DNA of 57,138 bases. It comes from Prorocentrum cordatum (Eukaryota). This document shows positions 50,466-57,138 of this stretch, piece by piece. The translations under genes and the position numbers were made by a program. Numbering within the stretch: position 1 is the stretch's first letter; each line of letters opens with the position of its first letter. The stretch lies in contig CAUYUJ010000044.1 of assembly GCA_963575745.1 (NCBI GenBank), positions 62,001 through 119,138 on the forward strand. Reading direction: 5' to 3'. The notes under the pieces were generated by a model that was given only the letters and a program-made list of their open reading frames with translations, was not told the DNA's origin and ran no database searches.

Positions 50466-51949
50466 CAGATCGTCTTGGGCAGCCTCTCGGACTTGCTGAA
50501 AGGTTCGCTACACCAACTCCCATCCATCTGCTGCGGGGCCCAAAGGTCGTGCCAGGACGCCGCCTTGATATCTATAATGTCTTTGGGGTGGTAAAGGATC
50601 TCCCCTGCATGCTCAAGCTCCTGTGCTGGAAGGTTCTGCGGTCCCAGCGAGCGATGAAGCGTGCCGATCGAGTCCGTCGCACCCATGAAATCCGGAAATT
50701 CACGTATCGACTCTGTTACCGCACGTCGCTTCGCACGGCCCATCACCCTCTTGGACAGGAAAACGTATTGCTCAAGCTCCTTCAACGAAACGTCTCCGGC
50801 TGCCCGAACAACCCGCTGCCATTCTGCCCATGGAGGGTCCTTGTCAAGATAAGAGCACGGTGAATGTCTTCTGGCCTAGTATCCAGAAGATGAGCACATG
50901 CTGTTGTATATTGAGCTACCTGCCGCGGGCCGTTGCGCTTGTCCCGATGCGGATGTAGCGCCGAAAGTAGGGTGTGCAACTGAGTCCACCAGCCGCTGAC
51001 CTGATCCCGCAAGGCTGCCACGCGAGCCTTGCCAGGCATCTTGACCTCGGTGACCTTGAAACGCGGTCCCTCAGCCCTGCGCGGGCCTGGCGGAATCGCA
51101 ACTCCATGATGTGTAGTGATGCTGGATTCGACAGCTGACACCCAAGAGGCGCAAAGACCTGATATCGTAGAAACGAGATCTGACTTGAGCCTGGCAGCTA
51201 CGGGATGACGCAGAGCAGGGGCAAGGGACTGAAGCGAGCACGCACCAGGTGTGAACCCGACCTCTCTCCGACGCCGCCCCCACAGCTCCGGAGGAGTCGC
51301 AGAAGTCGGGGCTCCTCCGGAGACTTCTGCATCGGGGTCCGAGGTCGGGTCCCCTAACCCTCTGGGGACCCAGGGTCTGCGCCTGAGATGAGCCACAGGA
51401 TGGAGCAGCGGCCGAGCTCGGCGGCGCAACCCTCACTCCCTTGGCTACCCCAGGCGAGCTATCCCCAGACTCCCAGGACCCAGACGTAGGTTCAAAGCAG
51501 GACGAATTATTATCAACACACTGCTCGTAAGAGGGGCCCGCGAAACCGACCCTTTTTACTCTAAGTGGGTCGCTTTCTGCCTCGCCTGAAAAACGATCGA
51601 AACTTACCTGAGGGCCCTCGGGAGGCTGGGGGACAAAACTGGACTCTTCGGCCCACGGGTCCTCCTCCTCAGGCCATTCAGAATGATCTGAATCAGCGAT
51701 GTGCTCCCTAGGCTCTACAGGGGGGGTGTCCTGGTCCCCAGACCTCTCCCCCTTAGAGTGCGCGCAAGATGATTGTTAGGCACAATTACCGAGCAAGGAT
51801 GCAAATTTCTCAGTACGCTTATCGACTGCAATCTGATGCTGGATCTGGCGCTGAGTCTTAGCCAAATTCGATATCGAACCGACCGTGGGCTCAGTGGATG
51901 GCCTAGAGACCTGCGGCAATCTACCTGGTGCCTCGAGAACTCTAGTGAT

Positions 51950-52665
51950 CAACTGCTCACCTGCACTACGAAGGGTGAGCTCGAGACCTATGTGGTGTTC
52001 CCACGGAACAGAGAGGACAGGAGTGACAGAGACGATGAAAGGCACTGCTGATTTACTGCGCAGAACATAATCAATGACCGTGCCCGTGTCGATATTACAT
52101 GTCGCGGTATCGCCTGCAGTTACTATGGTACCGTGCAATATGTCTGGGATGCCTGACCGAGCTCGATATGTTAAAATCATTACAATCCATCGCAACTGAA
52201 GTGACCAGAGCAAGCCTGCGAGTCGCTGGTATCTACCAGCGTTCAGGCCTCGCACTCCCACTCCGTTGTGCACGACACGATGACCATAGAGAACCCCGAG
52301 AAGTGCGCCGTCACCGCAACGAACCCGTCGAGCACGTTCGGGTGCTGCGGCGCCTGCAACTTGGACGCAGCCATCTTGGAAGCTGCAAGTTGAGCGACTT
52401 GGAGGTGACCCCTGGACATGATCCACTCGCCGCCCTCGCTGGCGAACTCTGCCTGGGAGTCCGTCACCACTTTTGCCGAGCGACGGGCTGGATTGGCATG
52501 CAGGCGTAGCCCTTTCCCTCGGGCCTTGCCGTCGTACTTCCGAAGAGACTGCTGGTCATCAGAGTGCGTCTCCACAGTGCTGAAAAAATCGCGAGATTGC
52601 CCACCCAACCAACCATGTCCACGCTTTTTCTCCCATGCACGTGATATTCCCATGGAATAATCTGG
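51950..52665 (-). pseudogene. APE-like (EEP) endonuclease domain, frameshifted
   Basis: LFHGNIT, FSTVETH, EGGEWIM, a damaged GDxN position after RWIVM, TC…VIDYVL, PWEHH. Confidence 0.8.
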
Positions 52666-53877
52666 CCGTGCGGCCCCCCTCCGTCGGCGCAGCTGCCGAC
52701 TCTTGACCAGGCTCGGAACCAAGTCGCTCGTCGTTCGCGCCGTCGACCGCCTGCGCGGGGGGATCGCCGACGCCCTTGCCGCTGCTCTTGCCTTGCTTCG
52801 CCTGCGTGGCCTGGAACTTGGCGGCCGACAGCCTCTGGGCCTCGGCCTGGACCGCCTCGGCGGCGGCCGCCACCTCGCCGCCGCCGGCTGGAGGGAGGCG
52901 CGCCGCGGCCGCGGTCCCCGCCCGGAGGCGCGCCGACGTCCGCGGCGCCGCCGCCGGGGGCATCGGCAGGGGGGCCTCCCGCAGCGGGCGGTTCGGCAGC
53001 GGCCTGGCCGTCGGCGGCCTTCCTCTTCTTGGCCGCCCTCTCCTCGATCTCGGCCTGCAGCCTCTGCGCCTGGGCGAGCCAAGCCTGGGCCTCCTGCTCC
53101 TTGGAGGCGAGGTCGTTGGCCGTCGCGTCCAGGTCCTTTTTCAACTGCTGAAGCACCGTCTTCCTTCTCGTGGGCCTCGCACTCCATGGTGTCGACCCTG
53201 GCGAAAAACTCCTTATCGTACAGAATCTGGAACATCTTTCCGTCGTTGGCCGTCGTGCCCGCGACCTTCGCCGCCGCCACGCCCTCCGCATGTGCGAGAC
53301 GAGAGCCTGGGCCGCCGCAGTCCGCGCCTTCAGCGCCTGCGTGACCTCGACGGCAGCCTTGGCCTCCTTGGCCTCCGCCAACTCGAGCTGCTTCGTGACT
53401 TGAAAAGTGAGCGACCTGCTGACCGTGTCTGTGATCTGCGTCCTTCCAGACGCCGTTTGCGCGCCTCACAGCTTCCACAGGTGTGGCAGCCTTCGTGGCC
53501 GCGGCCTCCTCCTCCTCGAGCCTCTTGACCTGCTGCTGCCAGTTGGCCTGGAGAACGGGGTCGGCTGTGGACTCCAGGGCCTGCTGGAGCAAGTCTTCCG
53601 TGCTGGAGGACTTCTCCGTGTTGCGGCTCTTGCCCTTCCCTGCCCCGCGGCGCAAGATGCCACGAGGGTGGTTCAACTGATGCTCCTCACTGGTCTCATC
53701 CTCAAATGTGACCCGCCGGCTGGAAGAGCTCCGCTTGTCGAACAGAACGACCTTCTGGCCGCACCCTGGGCACATCATTTTATGCTTGTTGGTCAACAGA
53801 TCATTGTACTCGCAGCGCTGACATTTCTGGCACTTCGTCCAGGTCCTGCGGGGCGTCGACTTGCCCGCACCTGTCAT
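52666..53877 (-). pseudogene. ORF1-like region: N-terminal Zn ribbon plus Ala/Glu/Gln-rich coiled coil
   Basis: ATG at 53877, WTKCQKCQRCEYN…MCPGCG, then helical segments (LELAEAKEAKAAVEVTQALK; LQQLKKDLDA…RLQAEIEERAAKKRK) spread over three frames. Confidence 0.75.
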
Positions 53878-54000
53878 GGCTGCGGTGTCCTCTGAATCTT
53901 TGTCTCTGCTTTAGTCGAGGCACAAGCACAAATGGATGGGGCAGGTTGTGCTTCACCTAGTCCCTCAAGTGCCACGAGACGGCACAGAGACTGGAGCGCG

Positions 54001-54018
54001 TTAGCTAAAATAGCTCGG
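54001..54018 (-). other. Degenerate spliced-leader relic at the 5' end of the LINE
   Basis: Minus strand CCGAGCTATTTTAGCTAA versus CCGTAGCCATTTTGGCTCAA: two transitions and two 1-nt deletions, ~125 nt upstream of the ATG. Confidence 0.55.
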
Positions 54019-54033
54019 CCCCCAATGTTACTT

Positions 54034-54470
54034 GGGGGAGGGAGGAGGGAGGAGGGAGGAGGGAGGAGGGGAGGGAAGAGGGAGGAGGGGGAGAGGGGAG
54101 AGGGGGGGGGGAGGGGGAGAGGATGAGGAGGGAGAGGAGTAGGAGGAGAGGAGGAGGAGGAGTAGGGAGGAGGTAGGAGAGGAGGAGAGGAGTGAGTAGA
54201 GGAGTAGAGGAGGAGAGGGAGAGTGGAGGAAGGGGGGAGACGAGAGGAGAGGGGGAGGGAGGAGGGGAGGGAGGGGGGAGGAGGGGAGGAAGGGAGGAGG
54301 AGGAGGAGGAGGAGGGAAGAGGCAGGAGGAGGAGGAGGAGGAGGAGGAGGAGGAGGAGGAGGAGGAGGAGGAGGAGGAGGAGGAGGAGGAGTGGGGACGA
54401 GGAGTTGGAGGTGGCGAGGAGTCGGATGGTGATGGTGCTAGTGATGGCGATGACGATGGGCGTGATGATT
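54034..54470. repeat. Purine-rich (GGAGGGA)n/(GAG)n tract
   Basis: Seen directly; a matching tract lies at 47061-47255. Confidence 0.95.
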
Positions 54471-54679
54471 TTTGTTCCCGGAAAGGGCGCGGGCCCAAGG
54501 ATTTTTCTTTTGTTGGTCGTTCGTCCCTGGTGCCATGCTGGGTAAAAGCAGAGCGAATGATTTCCGGAAAGAACATCGGCCCATGTTTTTCTTTTAGGTG
54601 ATAAACTTGTTCCTGGTGCCATGGTGGGGAAGGACTTGCGGAATTATTTCTTCATGAGTATCGAGAAGACCGGCGGAAA

Positions 54680-55499
54680 TATGTTGGAGGATGTCCCAGG
54701 TGAAACGCTTGTTTTCGAAGCCCCGATCGATGATATTCACGGTACGGCACACATTTTCGTTTGTTGCGCATGTCTCGAGCGAAACGCTTGTTTCGCAGAA
54801 TTGGTCGAGGATGTTTCGAGTGAGACGCTTGTTTTGTGTTATAGATGACTCCTCTCCTGGGGACCAGCATTCAAAGGATGTCTCGAGCGAGACGCTTGGT
54901 TTCACGCGTCCAGGTCGCCCAGGCAGATGTCTAGCATGAGGATCTGTTGAGGATGTCTTGAGCGAAACGCTTGTTCTCACGTGCCCAGGTCGCCCAGGTG
55001 GATGTCTAACATGAAGATGTGTTGAGGATGTTCCGAGCGAGACGCTTGGTTTCACGTGCCCAGGTCGCCCAGGCGCATATCTAAGATGAAGATCTGTTGA
55101 GGACGTCTTCGTGTCGTGATGAGCCTGTGCCCCGTGTCGTGTCGTTCATTGTCGGAGCTGAGTCGGATTTTGAGGTTGAGTCGAATGAACGTCTCGCACG
55201 TTTCCTTTTCAACTAGCTCTAGGGCAGCTACTATGTGCTCACGCAGCTCGAGTTTAAGGTCCAGATCAGTTCGGTCTAGTCTCGGATGCAAAGGAAGACT
55301 TGATCCACCGTGCTATAGAACACAGTCGCGGCATGGCACATCGCAAGTCAGCACCGCGCAGCACATCACAGCCTTTGGCACGGTGCATCAATATCGATAC
55401 ACTCAGCATTGCAATTGCCCGTCGCCCGATCAGGTGTCTTGAAAACGTTGCCATGCCTCACAATTCTTTATTATTTTCTGGGTTCGTGGGGCGATCATG
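54680..55499 (+). repeat. Composite repeat family E, copy 2 (short array, no insert)
   Basis: Shares the head (tcctctcctggggaccag), the ~76-bp units and the tail (aggtgtcttgaaaacgttgccatgcctcaca…gggttcgtggg.cgatcatg) with copy 1. Confidence 0.92.
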
Positions 55500-55502
55500 T
55501 CT

Positions 55503-56406
55503 TGACGATGATGCCGATGACGATGACGGCGGTGGCGTTGCTACGAATGATGATGATGTTGCTGCTGCTGATGATGATGGTTATGTTGTCAAGGATGATG
55601 ATGATTATCATTCCGATCATGATGATGCTGCTGCTGCCGATGCTGATGCTGATGATGATGGTGATGATGATGGTAATGATGAGGGTGATGCTGATTATGA
55701 TATTGATGAGGATGATGCTGCTGCTGCTGATGGTGATGGTGTTGGTGATGATGATGACGGTGGTGGTGATGATGATACTGCGAATGATGACAGTGATGAT
55801 GATGATGATGCCGATGCTGCTGATGATCATGATGCTATTAATGATGATGGTGATGTTGATGATGGTGATTATGATGATGCTGATAATGATGCTGATGCTG
55901 ATGATGATGCTGCCTATGATGATGATGACGATGCTGATGATGCTGATAATGATGATGCTGATTATGGTGATGATGCTGCTGATGATGCTGATGCTGATTC
56001 TAATGAATATGGTGATGATGCTGATGCTGATGCTGATTATGATGATTATGAGTATGATGATGCTGGTGATACTGATGATGAGTATGAGTATGATGGTGAT
56101 GTTCATGCTGCTGATGGTGATGATGATGCTGATGCTGCTGCTGCTGATGATGATTATGATGATGCTGATGATGTCGAGGGTGATGATGATGCTGCTGCTG
56201 ATGATAACGATGGTGATGATGAGTATGATAATGAGTATGAGTATGATGATGAGTATGAACATGATTATGATTATGAGTATGCGGATGATGCTGCTGCTGA
56301 TGATGATTATCATGAAGACCATGATAATGATGATGCTGATGACGATGGTGATGGTGATGGTGATGGTGATGGTGATGGTGATGATGAAGATGAAGCTGAA
56401 GATGAA

Positions 56407-56474
<68 letters not shown>

Positions 56475-56752
56475 CGATGATGATGATGATGGTGATGATG
56501 ATGATGATGCTGATGATGATGAGATTGATATGATGATTAATGTGATGATGATGATGTTGAATGATGATGATGATGATGGATGATATAAGATGATGATGAT
56601 GATGATGATGATGTGAATGATGATGATGAGCATGATGATGATTAATGATGATGATGATGATGATGATGAATGAATGATTGAATGATGTGATGATGAATGA
56701 GACAGGTTTTATGAATGATGATGCTGGTGGCGATGACGATGATGGCGATGAA
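55503..56752 (+). repeat. Old, diversified (GAT)n microsatellite
   Basis: GAT with GCT/TAT/GAG/GGT/AAT variants; in frame to 56583. Confidence 0.95.
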
Positions 56753-57138
56753 TGGTAGTCGGAAGGTGTGGATTCTCAACGTATTCCCCGAGGCTTCTGG
56801 AACAGTCGAACGTCGACCCTCGTCAGCGCACGGCAGTGCTCAACAGATCGCGTTGACGTCCAAGGCCTCCTGTTCCTATTATTTATTCTTGTTCTTTCCT
56901 GCTCCTCCTGTTTTTTATCCCGGTTCTTTTCCTCATTCCTCCTTCCTCCTTCTCGTTCCGCATCCCCATAGTCGGCGGCCCGTTTAGGATGTTACATGGT
57001 ATCGAGATGTCGGCATCCAGGGCTTTGGCCAGAGGTTGAGGGAGGAGGGCGGAGGGCGGAGGGCGGAAGGAGGAGAGAGCAGGGAGGAAGGAGGAGGGCG
57101 GAGGGAGGATGGAGGAGGGAGGAGGGAGGAGGGAGTAG

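Larger units (their letters stand above)
47256..54032 (-). mobile_element. Near full-length non-LTR retrotransposon (APE-RT-RNase H type), inactivated by frameshifts and stops
   Basis: Ordered domains on the minus strand: CxxC-CxxC Zn ribbon, coiled coil, APE endonuclease, RT (WIDD), Zn finger, RNase H, C-terminal Cys/His domain. SL relic at the 5' end, short (TTTCCAG)n-like 3' tail, and (GGAGGGA)n tracts on both sides. Confidence 0.93.

Noticed and set aside
52243..53877. Intact 544-aa gene as listed in the ORF track
   Set aside because: The protein-like sequence switches frame several times; the ORF is a composite of in-frame and out-of-frame parts of the decayed LINE.
55300..56583. 427-aa Asp-rich acidic (biomineralisation-like) protein
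   Set aside because: Its N-terminus is the family E repeat tail, there is no signal peptide, and the body is a diverged (GAT)n array whose poly-Met frame is equally open.

Overview
Repeat-dominated, GC-rich eukaryotic DNA. It is most likely from a dinoflagellate: there are two degenerate copies of the dinoflagellate spliced leader, AG|G exon junctions with GT/GC/GA donors, and huge GAT/GAG microsatellites. A Prorocentrum-like genome is only a guess. No intact gene is supported, and most listed ORFs are microsatellite or GC artefacts. Supported content: (1) a near full-length, frameshifted non-LTR retrotransposon on the minus strand (~47256-54032) with Zn-ribbon/coiled coil, APE endonuclease, RT, Zn finger, RNase H and a C-terminal Cys/His domain; (2) a much older plus-strand LINE relic (~30923-34700); both LINEs start with a spliced-leader relic; (3) a phase-compatible chain of short plus-strand exons at 7959-9355; (4) several MITEs with YCGG...CCGA ends and 5-bp TSDs; (5) several dispersed composite repeat families. 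The most unusual structures are an array of 12 palindromes with loxP/FRT-like geometry (~13-bp arms, fixed 8-bp asymmetric spacer; 25227-25713) joined to a 160-bp satellite, a hairpin + CGGCGGAT module found five times at the ends of different repeat families, and a 10/11-bp helically phased CTTGG repeat. There is a 100-N assembly gap at 22802-22901.
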